From contig CAMTVD010000004.1 of NCBI GenBank assembly GCA_947085095.1, positions 1 to 64,000 of the forward strand: a stretch of 64,000 nt of DNA, written 5' to 3'. The translations under genes were made by a program, and so were the position numbers. Of the stretch, positions 47,750-60,895 are shown piece by piece (position 1 is the first letter of the stretch; each line of letters begins with the position of its first letter). The DNA is from an uncultured Thermus sp. (GTDB lineage Bacteria > Deinococcota > Deinococci > Deinococcales > Thermaceae). The notes below the pieces were generated by a model, which made no database searches, was not told where the DNA came from, and saw nothing but the letters and a program-made list of their open reading frames with translations.

Positions 47750-48337
47750 CTAAGCGGCCTCCAAAACCCCTTCCGCCTCCTCCTCCAGGGCCCTCAGGTC
47801 CAGGAGGTAGACCCGGCGGTAGGCGGTGGCGATGAGGCCCTGGTGGCGCAGGTCCGAGAGGATCTTGGAAACGGACTCCCGGGTGGAGGCGGTGGCATCG
47901 GCAATCTCCTCGTGGGAAGCGGTGACGAAAAGGCCTTTCTCGTCCCGGAAGGAGGCCGGGGTGTCTGCCAGGAAGAGGAGGTAGCGGGCGATGCGGGCCC
48001 TGAGCTCCCCCGTCTGCAGGTGGGCCTCGTAGGCGTGAACCCGGCGCATCTGCCGGGCCAGGTTCCGGGCCACGGCGTGCAGGGCCTCGTGGTTCATGGC
48101 CCTGGGGTCAAAGCCCTGGACCAGCACCTCGGTCATGGCCTCGGCGGTGTAGCGGTAGCGCCTGCCCTCCAGGGCCTCTTCCCCGAAGTAGTCCCCAGGC
48201 AGGACGTGGCGGAGGGTGAGCAGGCGGCCGTCGGAAAGGAGTTCCACGATGCGCACCAGGCCCTCCTCGAGGCGGTACAGGGTGTGGGCGTTTTCGCCCC
48301 TCAGGTAGATGGTCTCCTTGCGGCCAAACCTCTTCAT
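47750..48337 (-). CDS. ldrP: CRP/FNR-family activator LdrP
   Basis: cNMP-like domain plus TRESVSK HTH; cotranscribed with carH. Confidence 0.85.
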   Translation of the reverse strand: MKRFGRKETIYLRGENAHTLYRLEEGLVRIVELLSDGRLLTLRHVLPGDYFGEEALEGRRYRYTAEAMTEVLVQGFDPRAMNHEALHAVARNLARQMRRVHAYEAHLQTGELRARIARYLLFLADTPASFRDEKGLFVTASHEEIADATASTRESVSKILSDLRHQGLIATAYRRVYLLDLRALEEEAEGVLEAA

Positions 48338-49191
48338 ACTGCCTTCCTTTCCCCCTCAAGGGGTTGCAAAAGCTCCTCCACCAAAGCTTCCAAACTCTCC
48401 ACGTGGCGGGCACCAAGCCTCTTGGCCTCCTCCGGCGAGGCCCCCTGCCCCCCCAGGTAGACCCGGGGCGCCAGCTGGGAAAGGGCCCCGTGGGGTAGGT
48501 CCTTCAGGGGCTCGGCCAGGAGGGCGGAGAGAACCACTCCCCTCGCCGAAAGCCGGGCCGCCAGGTTTTTCAGGTCGGCCAAGGGGGTATCGGGGCCCAG
48601 ATAGAGGGCGGGAAGCCCCCGCCGCCTCAGGGCGTAAGCGGCCAGCATGGCCCCGATCTCATGCCGCTCCCCTGGGGGCGTGGTGACCAGAATAGGGGGC
48701 CCCGGGGGGAAGCCCACCAGGTCAAGGAGCTCCTGGAGCCGGGCCCGGAGGAAGGTGGAGGCGAGGTGCTCCTCGGCCACCCCCACCTCCCCCCGGTGCC
48801 AGGACTCACCCACCCGCCTCAGCACCGGCACCAGAAGGCGCTTCAAGACCCCTTCCGGGCCCAGAAGCCTCAGGGCACGGCGAAAGAGGGCCTCGGCCTC
48901 CTGGAGGTCCACCCGCAAAAGGGCCCCGTAAAGCTGGGCCTCGAGGGCCTCCGGGTACACCTCCTGGGAAAGGTAGCGGCGGATGGCCGCCTGGGGGGTG
49001 GCCCCCTCCTCCAGCCAGCGGCGGATGGTCCTTAAGGCCTCCACCTCCTCTTGCCGGTAAAGGCGGTGGCCTCCGGAGGTACGCTCGGGCCGGGGAAAGC
49101 CGTACCGCCTCTCCCACTGCCTGAGGACCTCGGCGGAGAGGCCGGTCAAGCTTTCCACCTCGGCGATGGTGTACACCCCAGGACGGGTCAT
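48334..49191 (-). CDS. carH: AdoB12-dependent photoreceptor repressor CarH/LitR
   Basis: MerR HTH (RQWERRYG); W-x9-EH and ERHEIG B12 motifs. Confidence 0.95.
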   Translation of the reverse strand: MTRPGVYTIAEVESLTGLSAEVLRQWERRYGFPRPERTSGGHRLYRQEEVEALRTIRRWLEEGATPQAAIRRYLSQEVYPEALEAQLYGALLRVDLQEAEALFRRALRLLGPEGVLKRLLVPVLRRVGESWHRGEVGVAEEHLASTFLRARLQELLDLVGFPPGPPILVTTPPGERHEIGAMLAAYALRRRGLPALYLGPDTPLADLKNLAARLSARGVVLSALLAEPLKDLPHGALSQLAPRVYLGGQGASPEEAKRLGARHVESLEALVEELLQPLEGERKAV

Positions 49192-49197
49192 GCCCTT

Positions 49198-49240
49198 AGG
49201 ATAGGGGGGTGTTTAGACTTTGTCAAGGTCTTGTCCACCT
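49198..49240 (-). promoter_or_regulatory. carH promoter with a three-repeat CarH operator
   Basis: Minus strand TGGACA/TTGACA/TAAACA at exact 11-bp spacing; TTGACA-N17-TATCCT; ATG 6 nt after the -10 (leaderless). Confidence 0.8.
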
Positions 49241-49299
49241 CCACAGTGTGGTCGGGACAAACATCCCTGCACCAGAAGCTAGAGTAGAGTCAAAGCAAG

Positions 49300-50133
49300 A
49301 TGACTATGGAACCCGATTGGAAAGCCCTATCCCGGGTTATCCGGGCCCACTCCGCCACCTTCTACTGGGGAAGCCGCCTCCTTCCCCCCCAGGCCCGGAA
49401 GGGAGCGTGGGCGGTCTACGCCGCCTGCCGCCTGGGGGATGAGGCGGTGGACGGGGAGGGCGGGGGCCCGAGGGCCCTTGCCGCCTGGTGGGAAGGGGTG
49501 GAGCGGGCCTACGGGGGCAGGCCCATGGAGGCGTGGGAGAAGGGCCTGGCCTGGGCTCTGGAACGCTGGCCCATTCCCTTTGAAGCCTTTCTGCACATGA
49601 GGGAAGGCTTCCTCACCGACCTGGGCCCCGTGCGCCTCAAGAGCGAGGCGGACCTCCTCACCTACGCCTATCGGGTTGCGGGCACCGTGGGCCGCATGAT
49701 AACCCCCATCGCCGGGGGCGGTCCTGAGGCCGAGGAAAAGGCCGTCCGCCTGGGCCAGGCCATGCAGCTCACCAACATCCTCAGGGACGTGGGGGAGGAC
49801 CTGGCCCAAGACCGCCTCTACCTGCCCGAGGAGCTTCTCCGGGCTTACGGGGTACGCCTGGAGGACCTCCTCGCCGCCCGGGTCACCCCAGGGTACCGGG
49901 CCCTCATGGCCTATCTGGAGGCAAGGGCCAGGGACCTTTACCGGGAGGGCCTCGGGGGCCTGCGGCACCTCAGGCTGGGGCGGGCGGCCATCGCCCTGGC
50001 CGCCCTCCAGTACCAGGGCATCCTGGACAAGCTCCGCCTCCAGCGGTACGACAACCTGCGCCACCGGGCCCACCTCAAGACCTGGGAGCGGCTCAAGCTC
50101 CTTCCCAAGGCCTTTTTGATGGCGAGGACATGA
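49300..50133 (+). CDS. crtB: Phytoene synthase
   Basis: HSATF, YAACRLGDE, VAGTVG and QLTNILRDVGED. Confidence 0.95.
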   Translation: MTMEPDWKALSRVIRAHSATFYWGSRLLPPQARKGAWAVYAACRLGDEAVDGEGGGPRALAAWWEGVERAYGGRPMEAWEKGLAWALERWPIPFEAFLHMREGFLTDLGPVRLKSEADLLTYAYRVAGTVGRMITPIAGGGPEAEEKAVRLGQAMQLTNILRDVGEDLAQDRLYLPEELLRAYGVRLEDLLAARVTPGYRALMAYLEARARDLYREGLGGLRHLRLGRAAIALAALQYQGILDKLRLQRYDNLRHRAHLKTWERLKLLPKAFLMART

Positions 50134-51383
50134 ACCTGGTTTGGCACCGCGGGGACCTGCGCCTAAAAGACCACCCCGCTCTCCTCGAGGCCCTGGCCCA
50201 GGGGAAGGTGGTGGGCCTCGTGGTCCTGGACCCCAACAACCTGAGGACCTCCCCCAGGAGGAGGGCCTGGTTTTTGGACAACGTCCGGGCCCTGCGGGAG
50301 GCCTACCGGGAGCGGGGCGGGGCCCTCTGGGTGGTAGAGGGCCCTCCCTGGGAGGTGGTTCCCCAGGTGGCCCGAAGCCTGAAGGCCAAGGCCGTCTACG
50401 CCCTGAGGAGTTACACCCCCTACGGCCGCCACCGGGATGAAAGGACCCAGGAGGCCTTGGAGGTCCCCCTTCACCTCCTCCCCGCCCCCCACCTCGTCCC
50501 CCCGGACCTCCCCCGGGCCTACCGGGTCTACACCCCCTTTAGCCGGAACTTCCAGGGTGTAGAACCGCCCCTCCCCGCCCCTGAGGCCCTGCCCCAGGCC
50601 CCGGAGGAAGGAGAGATTCCCCAGGAGGACCCCGGCCTCCCCCTGCCCCAGCCCGGGGAAGAAGCCGCCTGGGCTAGCCTCCAGGCCTTCTTGGACACCC
50701 GGCTCCCCCGCTACCCCCTGGAGAGGGACCGCCTGGACGGGGAGGGGGGCTCGAGGCTCTCCCCTTACTTCGCCCTGGGGGTCCTCTCCCCCCGGGAGGC
50801 GGCATGGGAGGCCCTGAGGCGGGGGGGCGAGGGGGCGAGGAAGTGGGTTTCCGAACTCATCTGGCGGGACTTCTCCTACCACCTCCTCTACCACTTCCCC
50901 GAGATGGCCCAAAGGGCCCTGGACGGCCGGTTTGAGGCCCTCCCCTGGGCGGAGGACGAGGAGCTTTTCCAGGCCTGGTACCGGGGAAAGACCGGGGTGC
51001 CCCTGGTGGATGCCGCCATGCGGGAGCTTCGCGCCACGGGCTTTCTCTCCAACCGGGCCCGCATGGCCGTGGCCCAGTTCGCCGTGAAGTACCTCCTCCT
51101 CCCCTGGCAGAAGGCGGAGGAAGCCTTCCGCCACCTCCTTTTGGACGGGGACCGAGCGGTGAACCTCCAGGGCTGGCAGTGGGCGGGAGGCCTGGGGGTG
51201 GACGCCGCCCCTTACTTCCGGGTCTTCAACCTGGTGGAGCAGGGAAAGCGGCACGACCCTGATGGAACCTGGCTTCGCCGCTTCGCCCCAGAGTACCCCT
51301 CCTACGAGCCCAAGGACCCCGTGGTGGACCTGGGGGAGGCCCGCAGGCGCTACCTGGCCCTGGCCCGGTCCTTGGCAAAGTAG
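50130..51383 (+). CDS. phr: DNA photolyase
   Basis: WHRGDLRLKDH, SRLSPY, TGVPLVDAAMR and APYFRVFN. Confidence 0.96.
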   Translation: MNLVWHRGDLRLKDHPALLEALAQGKVVGLVVLDPNNLRTSPRRRAWFLDNVRALREAYRERGGALWVVEGPPWEVVPQVARSLKAKAVYALRSYTPYGRHRDERTQEALEVPLHLLPAPHLVPPDLPRAYRVYTPFSRNFQGVEPPLPAPEALPQAPEEGEIPQEDPGLPLPQPGEEAAWASLQAFLDTRLPRYPLERDRLDGEGGSRLSPYFALGVLSPREAAWEALRRGGEGARKWVSELIWRDFSYHLLYHFPEMAQRALDGRFEALPWAEDEELFQAWYRGKTGVPLVDAAMRELRATGFLSNRARMAVAQFAVKYLLLPWQKAEEAFRHLLLDGDRAVNLQGWQWAGGLGVDAAPYFRVFNLVEQGKRHDPDGTWLRRFAPEYPSYEPKDPVVDLGEARRRYLALARSLAK

Positions 51384-51427
51384 CAGGGAACCCACTCCCC
51401 CCTACCCCTGCCCGGTACCCTGGTTCT

Positions 51428-51607
51428 ATGTTCCCGGTGCGCGACCCCCAAAGGACCCTGAGGACCATCACCCTCTTCCGTTACGGCATGGCGGGCCTCT
51501 TCCTCCTCCTGGCCTCCTTTCGCGAGGAAAAGCTCCTCTTCCTGGGCCTGGCGGTCTTGGCCCTGGTGATGGCCCGCACGGGGTTCTGCCCCGTCATCCG
51601 CCGCTAG
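51428..51607 (+). CDS. 59-aa 2-TM protein, DUF2892/YgaP-TM-like (absent from the ORF track)
   Basis: MFPVRDPQRTLRTITLFRYGMAGLFLLLASFREEKLLFLGLAVLALVMARTGFCPVIRR; G.CP motif. Confidence 0.55.
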   Translation: MFPVRDPQRTLRTITLFRYGMAGLFLLLASFREEKLLFLGLAVLALVMARTGFCPVIRR

Positions 51608-51621
51608 AGTATCTTGGCCCC

Positions 51622-52794
51622 ATGAAGCGCCTAGACCTCAAGGAGGCCTTACCCCACCTCAAACGCCTCCAAAAAGACCCTCTTTCCGTCCTCCTGGAGT
51701 GGGGCCGGGCCCACCCCCGCCTCTTCCTCCCCATCCCCGGCTTGCCCCTGGCCCTGGTCTTTGACCCCGAGGGCGTGGAAAAGGTCCTCCTGGCGGAAGG
51801 GCTTACCAAGGCCACCTTCCAGTACCGAGCCCTCGCCCGCCTCACGGGGCGGGGCCTCCTCACCGACTGGGGAAGCACCTGGAAGGAGGCCCGCAAGGCT
51901 CTAAAAGACTCCTTTCTTCCTAAAGCCGTGAGAGCGTACCGCCCGGCCATGGAGGAAGAGGCCGAGGCCTTCTTCGCCACCTGGAAAGGGGAAAAGCGGG
52001 ACCTGGACCACGAGATGCTGGCCCTCTCCTTGAGGCTTTTAGGCCGGGCCCTCTTCGGCGAGCCCCTCTCCCCCAGGCTGGCGGAGCTTTCCCTAGAAGC
52101 CCTGGACCGCGTCATGGCCCAAACCCGCTCCCCCCTTGCCCTCCTCAACCCCTTCCAGGAGGCCCGCTTTCAAAGGGCCAAGGCCGCCCTCTACCGGGAG
52201 GCGGAGGCCCTCCTCCCCCACCCACCCCTCTCCCTCCTCCCCCGGGAAAGGGCCCTCGCCGAGGCCGTGACCCTCCTGGTGGCCGGGCACGAGACCGTGG
52301 CCAGCGCCCTCACCTGGTCCCTCCTCCTCCTCTCCCACCGCCCCGAGTGGCAAAACCAGGTGGGGGAAAGCGAGGAGGCCGCCCTTTCTGCCTTCCAGGA
52401 GGCCCTGAGGCTCTTTCCCCCGGCCTGGATCCTGACCCGCAAGGTGGAGGATCCCTTCGCCCTGGACGGGTTTCCCCTCCCCCCGGGCACCACCCTGGTC
52501 CTCTCCCCCTACGTGACCCAGAGGCTCTACTTCCCTGACGGCGAGGCCTTCCGGCCGGAGCGCTTCCTCACGGAGAGGGGCACCCCCTCGGGCCGATACT
52601 TCCCCTTCGGGCTGGGCCAGAGGCTCTGCCTGGGCCGGGACTTCGCTCTCCTGGAAGGCCCCATCGTCCTAAAGGCCTTCTTCCGCCGCTTCCGCCTGGA
52701 CCCCCTCCCCTTCCCCCGGGTCCTGGCCCAGGTGACCCTACGGCCGGAAGGGGGGCTTTGGGCGGCCCCCAAGCCCCTGGAGGTGCGGGCGTGA
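51622..52794 (+). CDS. Cytochrome P450 CYP175A1-like beta-carotene hydroxylase
   Basis: AGHET, EALR, FRPERF and PFGLGQRLCLG. Confidence 0.93.
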   Translation: MKRLDLKEALPHLKRLQKDPLSVLLEWGRAHPRLFLPIPGLPLALVFDPEGVEKVLLAEGLTKATFQYRALARLTGRGLLTDWGSTWKEARKALKDSFLPKAVRAYRPAMEEEAEAFFATWKGEKRDLDHEMLALSLRLLGRALFGEPLSPRLAELSLEALDRVMAQTRSPLALLNPFQEARFQRAKAALYREAEALLPHPPLSLLPRERALAEAVTLLVAGHETVASALTWSLLLLSHRPEWQNQVGESEEAALSAFQEALRLFPPAWILTRKVEDPFALDGFPLPPGTTLVLSPYVTQRLYFPDGEAFRPERFLTERGTPSGRYFPFGLGQRLCLGRDFALLEGPIVLKAFFRRFRLDPLPFPRVLAQVTLRPEGGLWAAPKPLEVRA

Positions 52795-53492
52795 CCTACC
52801 TGGAGTTCCACCTGGTCTTTATCCTTCCCCCCCTCCTTCTCCTCCTCCTCTGGGCCAGGCCCAGACCCCCCAGGCTCTGGACCTACCTCCTCATGCCCCT
52901 CATCGCCCTCCTCTACACCACCCCCTGGGACAACTACCTGGTCTACAAGGAGGTCTGGGGCTACCCCGAGGGGCGGGTCCTCCTCCGCATCGGGTACGTG
53001 CCCTTAGAGGAATACCTCTTCTTCCTCCTGCAGCCCCTCCTCACCGGGGCCCTCCTCTTCCGGCTGGCGGGGACCCCTCCCCCGGCGGGGCCGGGCCTGG
53101 CCCGGGTGGTGGGGGGAGGGTTCTGGCTCCTCATCGCCGCCTTGGGGGTGATGCTCCTGGCCCTTGGGGGCGAGTACCTCTACCTGGGGCTGATCCTGGC
53201 CTACTTCGCCCCCGTCTTCGTCCTGCAGTGGGCCTTCGGAGGGGACCTCCTCCTGGCCTGGCGCACGCCTTTCCTCCTGGGGGTGGGTCTCCCCACCCTC
53301 TACCTCTGGTTCGCCGACTTCTTGGCCATCACCCGGGAAGGGATCTGGTGGATTTCTAAGGAGTACACCCTGGGCCTGGGCCTGGCGGGGCTTCCCCTGG
53401 AGGAGATGCTCTTCTTCCTTTTCACCAACCTGGCGGTGGTCCAGGGCCTCCTCCTGGCCTGGCACCCCGAGGCCTTACGGCGCTTAAGATAG
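52791..53492 (+). CDS. Membrane lycopene cyclase
   Basis: Two PLEEY/PLEEM repeats and TPWDN. Confidence 0.88.
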   Translation: MTYLEFHLVFILPPLLLLLLWARPRPPRLWTYLLMPLIALLYTTPWDNYLVYKEVWGYPEGRVLLRIGYVPLEEYLFFLLQPLLTGALLFRLAGTPPPAGPGLARVVGGGFWLLIAALGVMLLALGGEYLYLGLILAYFAPVFVLQWAFGGDLLLAWRTPFLLGVGLPTLYLWFADFLAITREGIWWISKEYTLGLGLAGLPLEEMLFFLFTNLAVVQGLLLAWHPEALRRLR

Positions 53493-53497
53493 CCCCC

Positions 53498-54160
53498 ATG
53501 GAGACCCTGAGGGAAAGGCCTTTGGGGAGGCTCCTCTCCGCCATCGTGGGAGGATTTCTGCTCCTAAGCCTCAAGGGAAGCCTCCGGGGTGTGTACCTGA
53601 AGGGGGAGGTGCCCAAGGGCCCCCTGGTCCTGGCCATGAACCACCACAGCTTTTACGATGGCCACCTGGTCTGGCTCCTGGCGCGGCGCATGGAGCAGCC
53701 CGCAAGCCTCTTGGTGGCCGAGAAAAACCTGAAGGCCTTCCCGGTGCTGAAGCTCCTGGGAGCCCTGGAAGCCAGGTGGGTGAGGGAAGCCCTGCGGCGC
53801 CTCGGGAGGGGGGAGTGGGTGGCCCTCTTCCCCGAGGGGGAAATGCGCTACCCCGGGCCCCTGGGCCCCTTGAAGCCGGGGGCAACGTGGTTGGCCAGGA
53901 AGGCGGGGGTTCCCCTCCTCCCCGTGGCCTGCCGGGTGGCCCTACGGGGCTTTGAGCACCCCGAGGCCTTCCTCCTGGTGGGAAGGCCCCTCCCTCCGGA
54001 GGAGGACCTGGAGAGGGCCCTAGGAGGGCTTCTTCAGGAGCTGGACGAGGCCCTGAGGAAGACCCACCCCCGGGAGGTCCCGGAGGGCTTCCGGGAGGTC
54101 TTGAGGGGCAGGCGGAGCCTGGAGGAGAGGCTCGCCCCCCTGGCGAGGCTCTTTCGGTGA
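53498..54160 (+). CDS. Acyltransferase (carotenoid glucoside acylation)
   Basis: NHHSFYD and FPEG. Confidence 0.85.
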   Translation: METLRERPLGRLLSAIVGGFLLLSLKGSLRGVYLKGEVPKGPLVLAMNHHSFYDGHLVWLLARRMEQPASLLVAEKNLKAFPVLKLLGALEARWVREALRRLGRGEWVALFPEGEMRYPGPLGPLKPGATWLARKAGVPLLPVACRVALRGFEHPEAFLLVGRPLPPEEDLERALGGLLQELDEALRKTHPREVPEGFREVLRGRRSLEERLAPLARLFR

Positions 54161-55176
54161 TGGGCGACTTCTTCTTTGGCGTCTTTCTCTTCCTCCTCCT
54201 GAGGTGGCTCGCCCTCCTCTATAACCTCCTCCGCTTTCCCCGCCTAAGCCCAAGGCCCACACCCCAGGAGGCCAGGGTTTCCATCCTGGTCCCCGCCCGG
54301 AACGAGGCGGAGAACCTGAGGCGGACCCTCCCCACCCTCCTCTGGCAAGGGGCCCTCGAGGTCCTGGTGCTGGACGACCTCTCCGAGGATGGGACCGCCC
54401 GGGTGGCCCAGGAGGTGGCTGGGGGGCACCGCGGCTTCCGCCTCCTCCGGGGGAAACCCCTTCCCGAGGGCTGGCGGGGCAAAAACTGGGCCTGCTGGCA
54501 GCTGGCCCAGGAGGCCCGGGGGGAGGTCCTGGTCTTCACCGACGCCGATGTCTTGTGGAAAGAGGGGGCCTTGGGAGGCCTTCTTGCCGCCTTAGAGGGC
54601 AAGGACCTGGTCTCCGCCCTGCCCAGGCAGGAGGGAGGGCCAGAGGACGTGGTGGTGGCCTTCGTCATGAATGGGCTCTTTTCCTTCCTGCCCCACCCCC
54701 TCCTGGAGGCCTTCAGGGTGGCCAACGGCCAGGTCCTGGCCTTCCCAAGGGAGGCCTACTTCGCCCAAGGAGGGCACCAGGCGGTGCGGGGGGAGGTCCT
54801 TGAGGATGTGGCCCTGGCGAAGCGGGCAGGGCGCTACGGCCTCTACCTGGGGCAAAACCTCTTCCGGGTGCGCATGTACCGGGGCTACGCCCAGGCGGTC
54901 TCCGGCTTCGCCAAGAACTTCCTGGATATCCACCTGAAAAACTCCGCCATCCTCCTGGGCTCGGCTTTTTACCACCTGGCCCTTTACACCCTTCCCTGGC
55001 TCCTCGGTCGGTGGGAGCTTGGGCTTTTGGGCCTCTTGGAGCGCCTGGCCGTTCAGCTCGCCCTAAAAGGCCCCCTCCTTCCCGCCCTCCCCACCCCCCT
55101 GGTCCCCCTGCTTCTCCTGCCTATTTACCTAAGAGCGCTCCTCCCGGGGAAAACCTGGAAGGGCAGGCCCCTTTGA
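54157..55176 (+). CDS. GT2 carotenoid glycosyltransferase
   Basis: [20 protein letters not shown] and EDVALA. Confidence 0.88.
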   Translation: MMGDFFFGVFLFLLLRWLALLYNLLRFPRLSPRPTPQEARVSILVPARNEAENLRRTLPTLLWQGALEVLVLDDLSEDGTARVAQEVAGGHRGFRLLRGKPLPEGWRGKNWACWQLAQEARGEVLVFTDADVLWKEGALGGLLAALEGKDLVSALPRQEGGPEDVVVAFVMNGLFSFLPHPLLEAFRVANGQVLAFPREAYFAQGGHQAVRGEVLEDVALAKRAGRYGLYLGQNLFRVRMYRGYAQAVSGFAKNFLDIHLKNSAILLGSAFYHLALYTLPWLLGRWELGLLGLLERLAVQLALKGPLLPALPTPLVPLLLLPIYLRALLPGKTWKGRPL

Positions 55177-55229
55177 AAGGTGGGCCAGGCCCATCTTTCC
55201 GGATGAGGGGGCCTGGTAGACTCCTCCTC

Positions 55230-58740
<3,511 letters not shown>

Positions 58741-58896
58741 GCTATCCCGCCCTGGGACTTTCACATGGCTTTCACAGGCTCTGATAATATTGGGTCCTGA
58801 GGGGAGGCGAAGAGCCCTCAGATCCCGAGATGGGCGCCAGGGGACGAGGGGGAGCCAGTGGCGCAACCGGCCCCGAAACCTTTTGGAGGTGCAAAG

Positions 58897-59502
58897 ATGA
58901 AAAGGAAGCTGGTCGCTCTACTGGCCCTGGTAGCGGGTTTAGCCCTGGCCCAAAACACCGCGAGCCACACCATCACGGTTACGGTTCCCCCAGTCCTTAG
59001 GCTCCATTTGGATGCCTTGGACTACCTCTTTGATTTCACCGCTGACGCCCCAGTCGCAAACAACTCGCTGGGCTTCCCCAAAGCCACGAAAGCAGCCTAC
59101 GAGGCCTTCCTAGACAATGCGTCCAAAACCACCCAACTCTTTGCCCCTACCAGTATTGCTGGGACCAGCAACGACTACGGCACCTTGCGAATCAATACGA
59201 ACCAGGCTCAATGGGTGGTCAAGATTGATACGATTACGGACAACCTTGCTACTCCCCTGTCCAACAGCCGTCTGAAAGTCCACGCTGTAAAGGATACGGG
59301 TAAGGGTTCCTCGCTAACCGGTGAGCCTGGTTCCATGGCCCTTGCGGCCAATACCGCTATCGTTGGAGCAACCAGCAACGGGCAGGGCAGGAGCGTGTAC
59401 AAGCTTTACTACCTTCTGGAAATGAACATCAACGACGCATTTCCACATGCGTCTGACTACAGCAGCACCATCACCGTTAACCTCCTTCTGACTACGCCCT
59501 AA
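58897..59502 (+). CDS. Secreted beta-rich protein, putative major pilus subunit (low GC)
   Basis: Signal peptide ALA-Q; N-terminal TITVTV and C-terminal YSSTITVNL strands. Confidence 0.65.
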   Translation: MKRKLVALLALVAGLALAQNTASHTITVTVPPVLRLHLDALDYLFDFTADAPVANNSLGFPKATKAAYEAFLDNASKTTQLFAPTSIAGTSNDYGTLRINTNQAQWVVKIDTITDNLATPLSNSRLKVHAVKDTGKGSSLTGEPGSMALAANTAIVGATSNGQGRSVYKLYYLLEMNINDAFPHASDYSSTITVNLLLTTP

Positions 59503-59574
59503 CCCTTGGTCGCGCTCAAGGCCGCTTCCCGCAAACACCGGAGGCGGCCTTTATGCTTGAGGAGGTAGACGAAG

Positions 59575-60315
59575 ATGAAGCGCCCCTGGACCTTACTGGC
59601 AAGCCTGCTAAACCTGGCCCTGGCCCAGGTGGACCTCATCCTCTCCCCCGCCCGGCTGGAGTTCGTCCTGCCTCCTCTGGGCGAGGTGAGCGAGGTGGTG
59701 CGGGTAGCCAACGGCCTAGACCGAGGGGAACCCCTCTCCGTGCGCCTCATGCCCTTCAGGCTGACCCCGAAGGGTGAGGTGCTGGAAAGCCCGGAAAGGA
59801 ATCTATGCCCCCACCTCACCGTGGCCCCCACGGCCTTCACCGTACCCCCCAGGGGGACCGCCGAGGTCCGCCTCACCCTCAAGGCCCCCCCTAAGGGGGA
59901 AGGCACCTTTGCCTGTATGGTGGTCTTCACCGCCCAACCTAGGCCTGTGAGCGCGGGGGGACTAAGGGCTTCCGCCAGCCCCTCCCTTGGCCTCGCCGTC
60001 TACCTCACCCTGAAGGGAACGGAAAGGCCCGCCCTCCGGGCCAGGGTGGGGGGTGAAGGGAAGGCCCTCCCCCTCCTCTTGGAGAACCCCGGGAACGTCC
60101 TCCAGCGCCTCACGGGGGAGGCCCGGGTCTTTGACGGGGCCGGGAAAGAGCTGGCCCGCCTCCCTGTAACTGAGCTCCCCGTCTTCCCCGGGGGGTACCG
60201 GGAGCTTGACCTGGAGGCGGAAGAGCCCCTTCCCCCAGGGCGGTACCGGGTGGTCCTGATCCTGGAAAGCGCCTACGGGCGCTACGCGGCGGAGGGAACA
60301 TGGACCGTGCCTTAG
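59575..60315 (+). CDS. Putative periplasmic pilus chaperone (PapD-like, two Ig domains)
   Basis: Signal peptide; LSPARLE start, P..FTVPP and LENPGNV. Confidence 0.65.
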   Translation: MKRPWTLLASLLNLALAQVDLILSPARLEFVLPPLGEVSEVVRVANGLDRGEPLSVRLMPFRLTPKGEVLESPERNLCPHLTVAPTAFTVPPRGTAEVRLTLKAPPKGEGTFACMVVFTAQPRPVSAGGLRASASPSLGLAVYLTLKGTERPALRARVGGEGKALPLLLENPGNVLQRLTGEARVFDGAGKELARLPVTELPVFPGGYRELDLEAEEPLPPGRYRVVLILESAYGRYAAEGTWTVP

Positions 60316-60890
60316 CCCTTCTCCTTTTCCTCCTCCCCTTGGCCTGGGGGCAGACCCTGAACTGCGACGCCACAGACCTGCGGTACGATTTTTCCGCCTC
60401 TGGCCCCCTCACCCAGGTGACCGTGGCGGGCCAGAACTACTACGTGGCCAACCTGGCCTCCTACCTTCTCCTCCTGGACGGTACCGCCTCCATGCGCTTC
60501 CTCCCCACGGCGGTGGCGGGAGGGACGGGGTACCGGGTAGCGTGCACGGTGACCACCCCGAACCGGGATGCGATCAGGGGAGGGGCGCTTTGTGGGGCGG
60601 GGAGGAAGTTCTGCTTGCGGGTGACGGGCGTTTCCGGCTCCCTCCCTGTGGACTGGACCGGGAGGCTTTACGTCATGGTCCAGGTCATCTCCGGAAACGC
60701 CACCAGCTTCGCGCCCACGCCCATCCTTCTCTCCGCCGTTCCCGACAACCGGGGCCTCGCCGATGTCCAGAGGAACACCACCGCCACCTTGCACATCTAC
60801 TACTGGGTGGAACTGGCCCCGGGCGACTTCTTCCCCACTCTGCCCGCCACGGGCACCCTTACCCTCACGTACCAAGTCCAAGGCGACTAG
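60300..60890 (+). CDS. Secreted Cys-containing protein, putative minor/tip subunit
   Basis: Signal peptide; C-terminal TGTLTLTY; YDF..A motif similar to the major subunit. Confidence 0.6.
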   Translation: MDRALALLLFLLPLAWGQTLNCDATDLRYDFSASGPLTQVTVAGQNYYVANLASYLLLLDGTASMRFLPTAVAGGTGYRVACTVTTPNRDAIRGGALCGAGRKFCLRVTGVSGSLPVDWTGRLYVMVQVISGNATSFAPTPILLSAVPDNRGLADVQRNTTATLHIYYWVELAPGDFFPTLPATGTLTLTYQVQGD

Positions 60891-60895
60891 TCCCC